Positions 9,595-20,442 of a stretch of 64,000 nt of DNA are shown piece by piece; the first letter of the stretch is position 1; every line of letters starts with the position of its first letter. The DNA comes from Myxococcales bacterium (GTDB taxonomy: Bacteria > Myxococcota_A > Polyangia > Polyangiales > DASUME01). The position numbers were made by a program, and so were the translations under genes. The notes under the pieces were generated by a model, which made no database searches, was not told the DNA's origin, and saw nothing but the letters and a program-made list of their open reading frames with translations. The DNA lies in contig JASGJH010000001.1 of NCBI GenBank assembly GCA_047601445.1, positions 3,360,001 through 3,424,000 on the forward strand, given 5' to 3'.

Positions 9595-11448
9595 TCAGGC
9601 GCCGCCGATGCAGCCGGGCTTGTCGGCCACGTTGGGAATGCAGCTGTGCTGCTCGGGCCAGGCGGTGTCCTCGCCGCAGCCGTTCACGTTTGCGGGGTAG
9701 CCGGGCACGCACTCGCCCTCCACGGTGACGGGCTGCGGACCGCACACGTCGAGGTCGAGGTTGTTGAGGCAGGGCAGGCCGGCCGAGAACTTCACGTTGT
9801 CGCCGCAACCACACACGGTCTCGGGTAGCGTGGGGATGAGGGCACCGAGGGCGGCTTCGTTGATGGGCGTGGCGCCGCAGGCGTCGCCCGTGACGTTGCG
9901 CAGGCAGGGCAGCGAGGCCGGCGTGCCGGTCTGCTGGTCGTCGCCGCAGCCGCACATGAACTCGGGCAGGTTGCCGAGGTACGGGCTGCCAGCGAGGATG
10001 TTCATCTTGCCGCAGACCGCCGTCTCGACGTTGGGCAAGAGCATGGCGGCGCTGACGCCCGCGGGCGCACCGATGGCGCCACAGATGAACTCAGGCACTG
10101 CCGCGAGCACCTGGGAGTCGGCCGTGATGGGCGCCTTGCCGCACACCGCGTACTCCACGTTGGGCAGCTTGAAGGCAACGCTGACACCAGCGGGCGCGCC
10201 AGTCGCACCGCACATGAACTCGGGCACGCTGAGCAAGGCCTTCGAGTCGGCGTCGACAGGAGCCTTACCGCACACCGAGTAATCGACGTTGGGCAAGAGC
10301 AAGAGGCCGCTCACGCCCGCAGGTGCGCCAGTCGCACCACACAGGAACTCCGGAATGCCGGCGAGCACCTCGGTGGATTCCGCGGTGACGGGCAGCTTGC
10401 CGCAGATGGTGTTCTCCACGTTGGGCAAGAGGAAGGCCGGATTGGCCGTGGCGGGCGCGCCGATGGCGCCACAGAAGAACGCGGGCACGTTGTCCAGGAA
10501 CGACGAGGTGCCGTCGTTCACGGGAGCGCTGCCGCAGACCGTGGAGTCCACGTTCTTGAGCTTGACCGGGAGCGCCGAGGTGGAGCCGGTGGCGCCACAG
10601 ATGAACTCGGGGATCATCGCGAGCGAGCCGGTGTAGATGGCAGTGCCCGCTCCGTCCGCGCCGCACACGTCGGTGCCCGTGTGGTTCAGGCAGGGCAGGC
10701 CGTCCGCGCCGGGGCTCTTCTTGTCCTCGCCACAGCCACAGATGAATGTGGGTGCGCCGGGGATGCTGCCCGAGAGCTTGGGTCCACCGGTCTCGGGGTT
10801 GCAGAAGGGCAGAATCTCGAGCGTCGAGGGGTCGGGCGCACCCGCATCACCGCTGCCCAGCGAGGAAGCGAGCGTGGTGTAGGGAACGCAGCCGAGGTGG
10901 AGATCCAGCAAGCTGCCGAGCGACCCGGCAGGCTTCGAGAGGCTGGCGCCGCACATCCCCTCGGGTGTACAGCAGCCGGGGAAGCTCAACGACACGGTAT
11001 CGCCCTTGACGTAGAGCATCTTGTCCGTGTTGCTGGAGCCCTCGGCGGTCTCGACCTGATCGAAGAAGGAACCACAGACGTCGACGCTCTCCTTACCAGG
11101 TGCATCGCGCTCGAGGCAGCCGTCGAGCGAAGCGGGCGGCGGGAAGGTGTTGCCGAGGTAGCCGCACTTGTCTTGCGCTTCGCCGGCGCAGCAGGCGTCC
11201 ACCGGGTACATCCCGAGCAGCATCTGACCTTCGCACACGGTCCCACCGCAGGTCGCGCTCTTGGGGTTCTTGTCCTTCGTTCCGCCGTCGGACATCGGCA
11301 TCATCATCATGCCGTCGCCGTCGCCGTCGCCCGAGCCCGCGTCGATCTCCGGCTTCTTCTTGTTGTCGTCGCCGCAGCCCACGGCGCACGTGGCGCCGAG
11401 CGCCAGGGCTCCCATGATCGCGATCCGCTGATAGGTCCTCAAGGACAT
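9595..11448 (-). CDS. Cys-rich repeat lipoprotein of unknown function
   Basis: ATG 11448 after a ggagagg RBS; lipobox AVGC; 8-9 repeats PxFxCG...LPNVxxxVCG. Confidence 0.8.
   Translation of the reverse strand: MSLRTYQRIAIMGALALGATCAVGCGDDNKKKPEIDAGSGDGDGDGMMMMPMSDGGTKDKNPKSATCGGTVCEGQMLLGMYPVDACCAGEAQDKCGYLGNTFPPPASLDGCLERDAPGKESVDVCGSFFDQVETAEGSSNTDKMLYVKGDTVSLSFPGCCTPEGMCGASLSKPAGSLGSLLDLHLGCVPYTTLASSLGSGDAGAPDPSTLEILPFCNPETGGPKLSGSIPGAPTFICGCGEDKKSPGADGLPCLNHTGTDVCGADGAGTAIYTGSLAMIPEFICGATGSTSALPVKLKNVDSTVCGSAPVNDGTSSFLDNVPAFFCGAIGAPATANPAFLLPNVENTICGKLPVTAESTEVLAGIPEFLCGATGAPAGVSGLLLLPNVDYSVCGKAPVDADSKALLSVPEFMCGATGAPAGVSVAFKLPNVEYAVCGKAPITADSQVLAAVPEFICGAIGAPAGVSAAMLLPNVETAVCGKMNILAGSPYLGNLPEFMCGCGDDQQTGTPASLPCLRNVTGDACGATPINEAALGALIPTLPETVCGCGDNVKFSAGLPCLNNLDLDVCGPQPVTVEGECVPGYPANVNGCGEDTAWPEQHSCIPNVADKPGCIGGA
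9700..10760 (-). repeat. ~43-aa (129-nt) Cys-paired tandem coding repeat
   Basis: The gaac of the E-F codon pair lies at 9958, 10087, 10216 and 10345 (exact 129-nt period). Outer boundaries approximate. Confidence 0.8.
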
Positions 11449-11718
11449 GTCCACCTCTCCAAGCGCGGCCAACACACGAGTGGAAGCGAGCTATTTCCAA
11501 TTTGGAAACCTCGTCACCACTCGACCGGAGCTCCCCACGAGCCCTGAGTTGGTACGTTGTTGGCGCCGAGATCAGACCATGCGGTTCCAGCGAGCACAAC
11601 TTCTGCCGTATTCTTGCGCGTAATTCGCGAAGTTCGCGCGGTGTGCACAGCGCCTCGTCGGCCCGCGGCGCAGCGTCGATGACGAGCACACGTGAGGCAG
11701 CTCCCGAAACGGGACGCC

Positions 11719-11755
11719 AAAACAAAAACGCGACGGCCACTGGGACCGTCGCGTT
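11719..11755 (-). terminator. Intrinsic terminator downstream of the 11814-12530 lipoprotein gene
   Basis: Stem aacgcgacgg/ccgtcgcgtt followed by a long U-rich tract on the minus strand. Confidence 0.75.
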
Positions 11756-11813
11756 CTTGGAGCTGCGCACTGTAGGTTCAACGCGCAGGTTCACTCAGCT
11801 TGTCTGAGTGCTT

Positions 11814-12530
11814 TCAGGGCTGCGCGGGCGCAGCCGGCTGCTCCGTGACCATGCCGCTCGTGGGGTCGCAGGTGATGGTGTCGCCGAAGCCGGCGGGCAC
11901 GGAGGCCGCCGCCAGACCGACGTACGCGGGATCGGGGCAGCCGTAGCCGATGTCCGTCGCGCCCGGGATCTTGTTGCCGCTGACGACCACATCGACCGTC
12001 TTGAAGTCGATGCTGCAGACGCCCGCCGAGGTGCAGCAGCCAGCGAAGTTGGTGACGATCGGAGGCGCGGCCGACACCTTGCGCGTGAACTTGCCATCCG
12101 TCTGATCGTCTGCGGGGCCAGCGTCAGCCTTGCCCGTCTCGTCCGCGAAGTCGACCTTGTCCCAAACCGCGCCGCAGCTGTCGGAAGCGACGCCAACGGC
12201 ATCACGCGCCACGCATGCCGGCAGGTTCTCTCCGGTGAGGCGCGTGCTCTCGAGACCGCAGGTGTTGTCGGGCAAGCAGCAGGCCTTGATGTTCGGCGGA
12301 GCGAGCAGCTTGACGCCGTTGCAAACGGTCTCGCCGCACTTCACCTGCTCGGCCGTGAGCATGGTGCCCGAGTCGTGCGTGCCGCTGTCCGCGGGGGCCG
12401 CGGCGTCACCATCGCCGTCGCCGCCGTTGGTCTCCTTCTTGTCGTCGTCGCCGCCACAGGCCACGAGGCCCAGCGAAAGCACGGCCAAGCTACTCACGAA
12501 TCCCAAGCGCTGAATGGTCCTCAAGGACAT
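11814..12530 (-). CDS. Cys-rich lipoprotein, paralogue of the N-terminal domain of 9595-11448
   Basis: Same MSLRT(I/Y)QR start; lipobox LVAC; shared CGxTVCxG..ACC..CG..C..RDA..CG..D..FxGCCT pattern. Confidence 0.8.
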   Translation of the reverse strand: MSLRTIQRLGFVSSLAVLSLGLVACGGDDDKKETNGGDGDGDAAAPADSGTHDSGTMLTAEQVKCGETVCNGVKLLAPPNIKACCLPDNTCGLESTRLTGENLPACVARDAVGVASDSCGAVWDKVDFADETGKADAGPADDQTDGKFTRKVSAAPPIVTNFAGCCTSAGVCSIDFKTVDVVVSGNKIPGATDIGYGCPDPAYVGLAAASVPAGFGDTITCDPTSGMVTEQPAAPAQP

Positions 12531-12854
12531 ATCCCTCACCTCTTCCCAAAAACCGCGAACGTCGCGGTCCAACCGATCGGACGGTGCTGACACCCCGTGT
12601 AGTCACACCCATGCGACTCACGCGGTGGTCACTCGAGTCCTGATCTGCACGGAACCCAAACTCCGTGCCCCCGGTGGCGTCACCCTAGAGAGTGACTCTC
12701 GGGCCTCGTATCGCCTTCGTAAGCGTTAGTCAACACTGTGGACTGTGTGGCCCGAAATGGCTGCTACTCGCGCCGCAGGATTTGGCTGCGGCGACAGGCA
12801 TTCGTGCGCCCCTTGAACGGCCGAAGATAACGGCTACAGGACGCACGCCTTCTC

Positions 12855-13307
12855 ATGCCACAAGACAAATACATCAAATACGTGCCCGCCGAAGCCACCA
12901 TGAAACGTATCGGCAAGTGGCACGTGCGCCTGTACCGGGCCACGCGTGGACTGATCGGCCGGCGAGTCGACGGACTCGACATTCTGCTCCTGACCACGGT
13001 GGGCAAAAAGACGGGCTTGGCCCGGACGGTGCCCCTGCCCTACTACCGCGACGGTGCGGACTATCTCCTGATCGCCTCGTTCGGCGGCAACGACAAGAAC
13101 CCCGCCTGGTTCCTGAACCTGAGCGCCAACCCGCGAGTGGAGATCCAGGTCGGCGGGAAGCGCCTGCAGGTGCAAGCGGAGGTCGCGGCCGAGCCGGAGC
13201 GTCAGCGACTGTGGGCCAATCTGGTCCGTGAGTACCCGCGTTACGTGCAGTACCAGGCCAAGACCGAGCGCAAGATCCCGATCGTGGTGCTGAAGACGGC
13301 GAACTAG
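12855..13307 (+). CDS. Deazaflavin(F420)-dependent nitroreductase / F420H2-quinone reductase family (Ddn-like)
   Basis: LLLTTVGKKTGLARTVPL, ASFGG...PAWFLNL.ANP.V, YQAKTERKIPIVVL. Confidence 0.9.
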   Translation: MPQDKYIKYVPAEATMKRIGKWHVRLYRATRGLIGRRVDGLDILLLTTVGKKTGLARTVPLPYYRDGADYLLIASFGGNDKNPAWFLNLSANPRVEIQVGGKRLQVQAEVAAEPERQRLWANLVREYPRYVQYQAKTERKIPIVVLKTAN

Positions 13308-13328
13308 GGGGGATGTCCCCAGGGGGCC

Positions 13329-13737
13329 CTAGTCCTCGCCGCCCTCCTCCACGTTTCGCATGTGATCCGCTAGCCGCTGGAATGAGCCACGCAGCTGCTC
13401 TTTGAGCAGGAGATCGCCGGTGCACTCGTCGAGTGCCTGGCGCATGCACAGCATCCAACCATCCCTGGCGGCGCTGTCGATGCGGAACGGCAGATGACGC
13501 GCGCGTAGACGCGGATGGCCGCGGCGTTCCATGTAGAGCTGAGGTCCACCCAGCCAACCACTCAGGAACTCGAAGAGCTTTTCCCGGGAGCTCGCCAGAA
13601 TCCTTGGGATGCATGACGAGCACGTGCTGCGCGTCGGGCAGCTCACTCATGAGGTCGTAGAAGCGGGTGACCAGCTTGCGCACGCCGACGGCGCCGCCGA
13701 TGCGATCGTAGGGAGTGGGTGCGGAAGGGGAATCCAT
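13329..13737 (-). CDS. Group II truncated hemoglobin (GlbO-like); apparent +1 frameshift at ~13600
   Basis: YDRIGG..VRKLVTRFYDLM in one frame joins KLFEFLSGWLGGPQLY..GHPRLRARHLPF..W in another when one T of GATTCT is removed. Confidence 0.85.
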
Positions 13738-13744
13738 GGCGACT

Positions 13745-14476
13745 TCAGCGCAAGTCTAGCCGCAGCAGCGCGGAAGGGCCCGCGTCGCTACGCGTGAGAA
13801 GCTCCCATTCCTTGTGCCAGGCAGCGATGTAAGCGGGGTCCTGCACGAGCACCCCGAGGGACAGCGCGTGGTCGTCCTCGCTGCCTTGAAGTTCGCCGCT
13901 GGTCACCAGCACGCGCAGCTTGTCGACGATCACGGCGCGCAACCCCACGCGCAACGCAGCGCCGGTCCAAACCTCGATCTTCTCGAGGCGTCGAAAGCTG
14001 CGTCGCACGAGGTCACGCACGCGCTCGCGCGCTTCCTCAGTGTCATCGACGTCGAAGACCAGACGCCCCGGGACATCGCGCCCGTCGCAGACGGCCGCGA
14101 TGGTGCGCACGAGCCCGCGCGCGTCCTCGTCCCGCAGTCCGTACACCTCCACGCTCTGCGTGGCGGAGGTGAGCAGCTGACGCACTTGCTCGATGAGATC
14201 GCGCGAGCGCGTACCTGGCGTGGGAATGCCCGAGTACACGAGCTCCACGCTCGAAACTCCGCTCGAAGCGCGCTCCGCGAGCACCGCCGCCAACATCGCC
14301 TTGGCAGCCTCGAGATCACGCCCGACCACGCCCTCGAGGTGCCCCTCGATGTTGCCGAAACCCTTCTCGATGAGTGCCCAGCGCGTGATGGGCGAAGGCA
14401 GCGCGCCACGATGCAGCGCGCGCAGGAGACGCTTGAGCTCGTCGCTCGGTAGACGGTGCAGACCCGAAGTCGTCAT
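13745..14476 (-). CDS. Phospholipase-D-fold protein resembling DISARM DrmC but lacking the HKD catalytic residues
   Basis: VELVYSG..RD..VRQLL.SA..SV and LRAVIVD..VLVTSGEL match, by eye, the DrmC pattern ELVWSGP..RDT..HAKCIVVD..TSAN. Confidence 0.5.
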   Translation of the reverse strand: MTTSGLHRLPSDELKRLLRALHRGALPSPITRWALIEKGFGNIEGHLEGVVGRDLEAAKAMLAAVLAERASSGVSSVELVYSGIPTPGTRSRDLIEQVRQLLTSATQSVEVYGLRDEDARGLVRTIAAVCDGRDVPGRLVFDVDDTEEARERVRDLVRRSFRRLEKIEVWTGAALRVGLRAVIVDKLRVLVTSGELQGSEDDHALSLGVLVQDPAYIAAWHKEWELLTRSDAGPSALLRLDLR

Positions 14477-14485
14477 GGCTGAATC

Positions 14486-17400
14486 TCAGTTGCGCAGGAG
14501 CCGCGAAGCGTGGTCGCTCAGGAGCACCACGTTGTCGGGTGTTTCCGCTTCCTCGGCCGGGGCTGGTTTCTTGTTCGGGTCGAGGCGCTCGCGCACGGCC
14601 TGCACGAGCTCGGAGGTCTTGAGCACCGCGGTGTCGACCGCCGGCGAGAGCGCGGTGGCAAAGGCCGAGGTGGTGAGACCGGTGGTCCAGGCGATGGGAC
14701 CGAGCGGCGTGCAGCCGAAGAGCTGGCTGAGGCCCGGCGTCTGGATGATGAGCCCGAGGGCCGCAAAGGATCCTAGGCTCGTCCAAAGCACCGAACGACT
14801 GTGACCGCCCTTGAGCAAGGTCTGCCCGAGCTGGGTGCCGACGAGCCCCACCAGCCCCACGGTGCGCGCGCGTGCTTGCCCGCCGCTCAAGCGCGCCAGG
14901 GTCCAAGCACTGCCAGCGCCGAAGGAGGTGGTGATGGCGCGAGCGATGATCTCGCGATCGAGGGGCGCACCAAGCGATGCGTCCGGGCCTGCGTCCCGCA
15001 GCGTGCTCAAGTCGCGCACGGAAGGCGGACGCAGCGCGATGGCCATCGAGGGCGCGATGTCGGTGAGGAAGTTGACGAGCAGAAGCTGGCGCGGGTTGAG
15101 CGGAGCGTGTCCGAGCAGCGCGCCGATGCTCACGGTGAAGGCGATTTCCCCGAGGTTGCCGCCCACCAGGATGGACACCGCATCGCGCACGGAGTTCCAC
15201 ATGGCGCGGCCTTCGACCACCGCGTCCACCAGCGAGTCGATGCGCGCGTCCGCCAGCACCACGTCGGCGGCCGCTCGCGCTGCTTCGGTGGAGCCCGCGC
15301 CCACCGCGATGCCGGCATCGGCCACACGCATGGCGGGCGCATCGTTGGCGCCGTCGCCGACCATGCCGACCACGTGCCCGGTGCGCTGCAGTGCCCGCAC
15401 CACGCGGACCTTTTGCGCAGGCGTGACGCGCGCGAAGATGGCCGTCTTGCCCACGGCGCGCTCGAGCTGCGCCTCGGTCATGTGGGCGATCTGAGCGCCG
15501 TGCAGCATGCCCAAGTGGTTCACCAAGCCCACCTCGCGACCGATGCTGTGCGCGGTGTTGGGATGGTCGCCGGTGACCATCACCACGCGCACGCCAGCCT
15601 TCGCGAGACCGCTCACGGCGCCCTGTGCACTGGCACGCACGGGGTCACGGAACGCCACCAACCCGCGCACGATGAGTTCGCGCGGATCTTCGATGAGGGC
15701 GCGGGCCGGAGCTTGCTCGAGCTCGGCGTCCCCCACGGCGCGCTCGGCCACCGCAATGACGCGCAGGCCATCCGAGGTGAGCCGCTCGAGTTGTTGCTGG
15801 TAGGCGCCCTTGCCGCGCGAAATGGGCAAAAGGTCCCCTGACAACGCCACCGCGCTCGCGCGCGCCAGCAGCTGCTCTGGGGCCCCCTTGACGTAGATGC
15901 GTGCGCCGTCGGGTCCGCGTCCGAGCACGGCCTCGAAGCCGCGACCGGACTCGAAGGCGTGTTCCGCGAGGCGCACGAAGCCTTGCTCGAAATCACTCGC
16001 GAGCCTGCTGCGTGCCGCACGTACGATTTCGGCGTCCATCGGATCGCCGGACAGGCCTCGATCGTTGGCGACCGCGAGCGCGCCCATGCGCAACACGTCG
16101 AGGCGGGCCCCCGAAAGCTGCGCGATGCCCTCCAGCCGCTCGCCGTCGTGTACGCCGCTGAGCTCGATGCGGCCTTCGGTGAGCGTGCCCGTCTTGTCCA
16201 GGCACAGCACGTCCACGCGGCCCAATGCCTCGATGGCGCGCGGGTTCTTCACCAGCGCGCCGCGCCGCGACAGACGCTCGGCGGCCGCCAGCTGACTCAC
16301 GGTCGCCAGCACCGGCAAGCCCTCGGGTACGGCTGCGACTGCCAACCCCACGCCCGTGCTCACGAGATCATCCACGCGACGCCCACGCAGCAGGCCCGTG
16401 CCCACCAGCGCGGCGCCCGCGGTCATGGCCACGGGTCCAGTCAGACGCATGAGCGCGCGCAGACGCGCCTCGACTCCGCCACGCGCCTCGTCCGGCGTGA
16501 CCAGCGTGCCGCGGCGCATGATGGTGTCGTCGCCCGTGGCCACCACCACCGCGGTAGCGCGACCGGCTGCCACCGTGGTGCCAGCCCAGAGCATGGAGCT
16601 GGTGTCGGCCACGCTCTCTGCGAACGAGGGCGCCGCGCTCTTGAGCACCGGCAATGACTCGCCGGTGAGCGCCGACGCGTCGACCTCCAGCGAGTGCGCC
16701 TCGAGGATGCGGCAGTCCGCGGGCACCAGAATCGCCCTGATGAAAGAGCACCAGATCACCGCGCCGTAGCTCGCTCGCCAGACATACGCGCACGCGACCG
16801 CCGCGCCGCACGTGGACACGGGTCTCGGCTTGCTGCACCAGGCTGCTGATGGCGCGCTCCGTCTTGAAGCGCTGGTAGCCACCGATCAACGCGTTGAGCC
16901 CGCCTACGCCCGCCACGATGCCCGCGTCGGCCTTGGACCCCACCACTGCCGAGATGCCGGCGCCCATCGCCAGAAGCGGCGAGAGGGGGCTCGCGAGCTC
17001 CTTCTGTACGGCGCGGCCGAGCTCCATCCAGGCCGAGAAGTCGCGCACGCGGTCGCGGGTGCGCACCACCTTGGGTTCGGGCAATCCCTCGTCGCTGCTG
17101 CCGAGGCGAGCCAGGACGCCGCGGGCTTCGAGCGCGTGCCAGGGTGTGGGGTCCACCGGCTTGCGGGTGGAGCCGTCGACGTGCGCGGTGCGACGCACGG
17201 CGTTCAGCATGGCCGCCAGGCTCGCCAGGTTCACCACGAGCAACACGCGACGGGCTGCTAGTGGCGTGCGCCCACCAGCCGAGGCCAGTGTGCCGACGGC
17301 GGCCGCTCCCATCGCCAGGCGCACACTCTGCCGCGAGACACCGCGCGCCACATTGCAAGCCTCGATGACGGTGGCCAATACCCCCGGATCGTCGGGGCAC

Positions 17401-19019
17401 AGCAGGTGCGCTCCCCAGGGCGTCTGGCGCGTTCGATCGCACAGTGCCACGCCCACGTCCGCCGAGCCGTAGCCCGCCGAAGGCCCGCGTCCCACGAAGC
17501 AAACGGTGCGGCCCTCGCTCTGCAGGCGGCGGATGCCATCCACGAGGCCTCGCTGCAGCCCGATGACGTCGTCCGGATGCAGCCCCTCGGCCACACTAAG
17601 GTCGTCGCTCGCCAACACCACCTGCATGCCGAGCTTGCGCGCCGCGGAGATGGCTTCGCCCACGCCAGCTTCGGGCGCAATTTGCACTTCCACCAAGCCC
17701 ACTACGCGGTCGTGCTGGGTCAGCGCCAGGATCAGCGCGCCACGCTGGGCACGCTCGGCCATCTCCACTTCGAGCTCGGCGTCGTCGAACTCCGCCAGCA
17801 AACGGGCAGGACCGAGGGTATACGCCTCACCGCGTTGCACACGCAGTGGACGGTCCGCCGCGAAGAGCTTGCGCGCTTCCGCCAAGGCCTGGGCCCGCGA
17901 CAGTCCGCGCAAGGCGAACACGTCGCCCACGAAGAACTTTTGACGCATCACCAAGTCTGCCGTGATCACCAGGCAATCGACCCGATCGAGGCGCCGCAAC
18001 GCCGCGGGCGAGAGCACCAACATGTGATGACGAGCGAACACGCGCCCGAGCTCCGCCGTGAAGAGCTCACGGCCCAGGCGCGCCGGCATCGGGAGCGCCG
18101 CGAAGCCGGCCGCGATGGCGCGCGAGGGACTGCGTGTGGTGAGCGCGCTGAGCCCGAACGTGCCGAGCGCGATCATCCAGGCTCGATCGGTGTAGCGCTC
18201 GAGCTCGCCCTTGGGAATCTCGCAGGGCCGCTGCTCGGGCAGCGTCGTCGTGGATACCACGCCATCATGGGCCGTCAGCGCTTCCGCCCAGCGCTGCCAC
18301 AGCGCGTTACGCTCGCGCAGCTCGCGCAAGCTCACCAGCTTTTCGCTCAGATCGACCAGCGAGCTCAGCGGCCGCTGCGAAAGGCCCTGGGCGCCCGCCA
18401 TGGCGATGTGCAGCAAGAAGTCCGCGCGCTGGCGTCCCAGGCGTTCGTCGAGCGGACGCCGCAGCCGCTCAATCTGAGAGATCGCGAACAGGAGTCCGTA
18501 CAAGTTGGTGCCCAGGCGCCGCGGCACGAAAGGGACCAGCCGGAAAGACAGGCCCGCCATCAGCGACAACGCATCGGCCACCGCGGCGACGCTGAGCTCG
18601 CGATCGAGCTGCGAATCATCCGGCAGCGCCCGCTCCAGGAGTGCCCGCTCCGCCGCCGCCCGCAGACGCGCGGCCGAGCGATCGTCCGGACTGGGCTCGC
18701 CCACCACCTGGGAAGCGCGACTCGCCGCCAGGTTCTGCTCCACCAGTTGGACCCACTGAGACAGGCGCTCGGCCGACCAAACGTCACCGTGGAAGCGCAA
18801 GCCGATTCGCCGCGTGAACGGGTTGAGGACAGCGCTCACCGGGCCGTCGCCCTCATCCGCCGCCAGGGCCTCCTGCACGATGCGCTCGAATGCGGGCTGA
18901 TCTGCTGCCGCGACGCCGCGATATTCCACGTGGGCCACGCTACCCACGACACTCACGGCCCGCTCTCGCTCGCCGAGGAACAATTGCCGCATTTTCGCCG
19001 CGCGTTGGAACAGGTTCAT
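14486..19019 (-). CDS. Very large cation-transporting P-type ATPase (~1510 aa), mycobacterial CtpH/CtpI-like; apparent +1 frameshift at ~16730
   Basis: LTGES, PEGLP, DKTGT, KGAPE, TGDH, GDGAND. Removing one base restores GDLVPAD. N-terminal half is a degenerate ATPase-like copy. Confidence 0.85.
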
Positions 19020-19216
19020 CGCAGAACCCGCGCCCGGCTCGACCGCATTTCCCCAGCCATGACTACAGCTTTGGCACGAACAGATCGCCTCGCCAACACG
19101 GATTTGCCCTCGCTCTCCCTTGATCCGCGAGAGTACGAAAGTACAACAGCGCCCCGTTGACTTTTGTGGCGTCGCAGCGCGCAAATCCGCGCCCCGGCGA
19201 AGATAGGTAGGAGAGC

Positions 19217-20411
19217 ATGCGCGTCGACAGCGTGGAGCAGTTCACCAAGCTCGTGTCGGAGTACGAGGCCGCTGAAGGCTACACGCGCCCGCAGGCGTAC
19301 GGCGTAGGCCTCGCCACCTTCGGGGTGTCCGACTTCGGCGCGCCCGAGCGTATCGCAGACGGTGCAAGCGCCCTCGACACCTGGTTCCCCGCCCCCAACT
19401 GTGACGAGAACTTCGGCACCGCTGCCATCCTGGCGCACCTCGTCGGACATCGCTCCGGCAGCAAGAGCTACCGCCTCACGCGCGAACTCCTGGCCAGCGC
19501 CCTCGACTACTTCGCCCCCTTCGCCCAGGACGGCAAGTTCCACCCAAACATCGCCGCCCTCGAGCAGCTCGCCGGGACCCTCTCGCGCCTCGAGCGCGAC
19601 GCAGCGCGCTATGCCAAGGGCGAATCCAGCCTGCATCAAGTGCTCCCGCGGGCAGCCGTGGTCACCTTCGTCGGCGACCTCAAGCAGAAGCCCGTGGATG
19701 CCCATGATGCCTATCTACGTCTCCACCTGCTCTCGACCCGCAAGATCAAGCCCCACGGCCAGAGCCTGGAAGGCGTGTTTGGGCTGCTGTCCAACGTGGT
19801 TTGGACCAACGTGGGCCCCTTCGCCCCCGAGGGCTTCGAGCGGGTGCGCGGCGTGCTGCGCAGCCAGGGCGTCTCGGTGCACGTGCACTCCATCGACAAG
19901 TTCCCGCGCATGACGGACTACGTGGTCCCCACGGGGGTGCGCGTGGCCGACGCCGACCGCGTACGGCTCGGGGCCTACCTGGGCGAAGGCACGACCGTGA
20001 TGCACGAGGGGTTCGTAAACTTCAACGCCGGCACGCTCGGCAAGTCCATGGTCGAGGGCCGCATCAGCGCGGGTGTCACCGTGGACGATGGCAGCGACAT
20101 CGGCGGCGGAGCCTCGATCATGGGGACCCTGTCGGGCGGCGGCAACATGGTGGTCAAAATCGGCAAGGGCTCGCTGCTCGGCGCCAATGCCGGTTGCGGC
20201 ATCCCGCTGGGCAATGGCTGCACCATCGAGGCCGGCCTGTACATCACGGCAGGCACCAAGGTGCAGCTCGCCGACGGCCGGGTGATCAAGGCTCGCGAGC
20301 TGGCGGGACACGACGATTCTCCTGTTCCGCCGCAACAGCCTCACCGGCGCCGTCGAGGTGGCTCACAAGAAGAACGAAGTGGTCCTCAACCCCGAGCTCC
20401 ACAAGAACTAG
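19217..20411 (+). CDS. dapD: Tetrahydrodipicolinate N-succinyltransferase (actinobacterial/Pseudomonas-type DapD); apparent +1 frameshift at ~20317
   Basis: [45 protein letters not shown]. The corrected tail reads [14 protein letters not shown]...LNPELHKN*. Confidence 0.92.
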
Positions 20412-20442
20412 GGCCGGGCGACAGGTTGGCGCACTGGGTCGA

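Noticed and set aside
9595..12530. Cys-rich lipoproteins as substrates of the MNIO
   Set aside because: They are 10 kb away, their Cys pairing suggests disulfides, and a better precursor is adjacent to the enzyme.
13745..14476. A DISARM defence island
   Set aside because: Only a degenerate DrmC-like gene; no drmA/B/D/E or DNA methyltransferase in the window.
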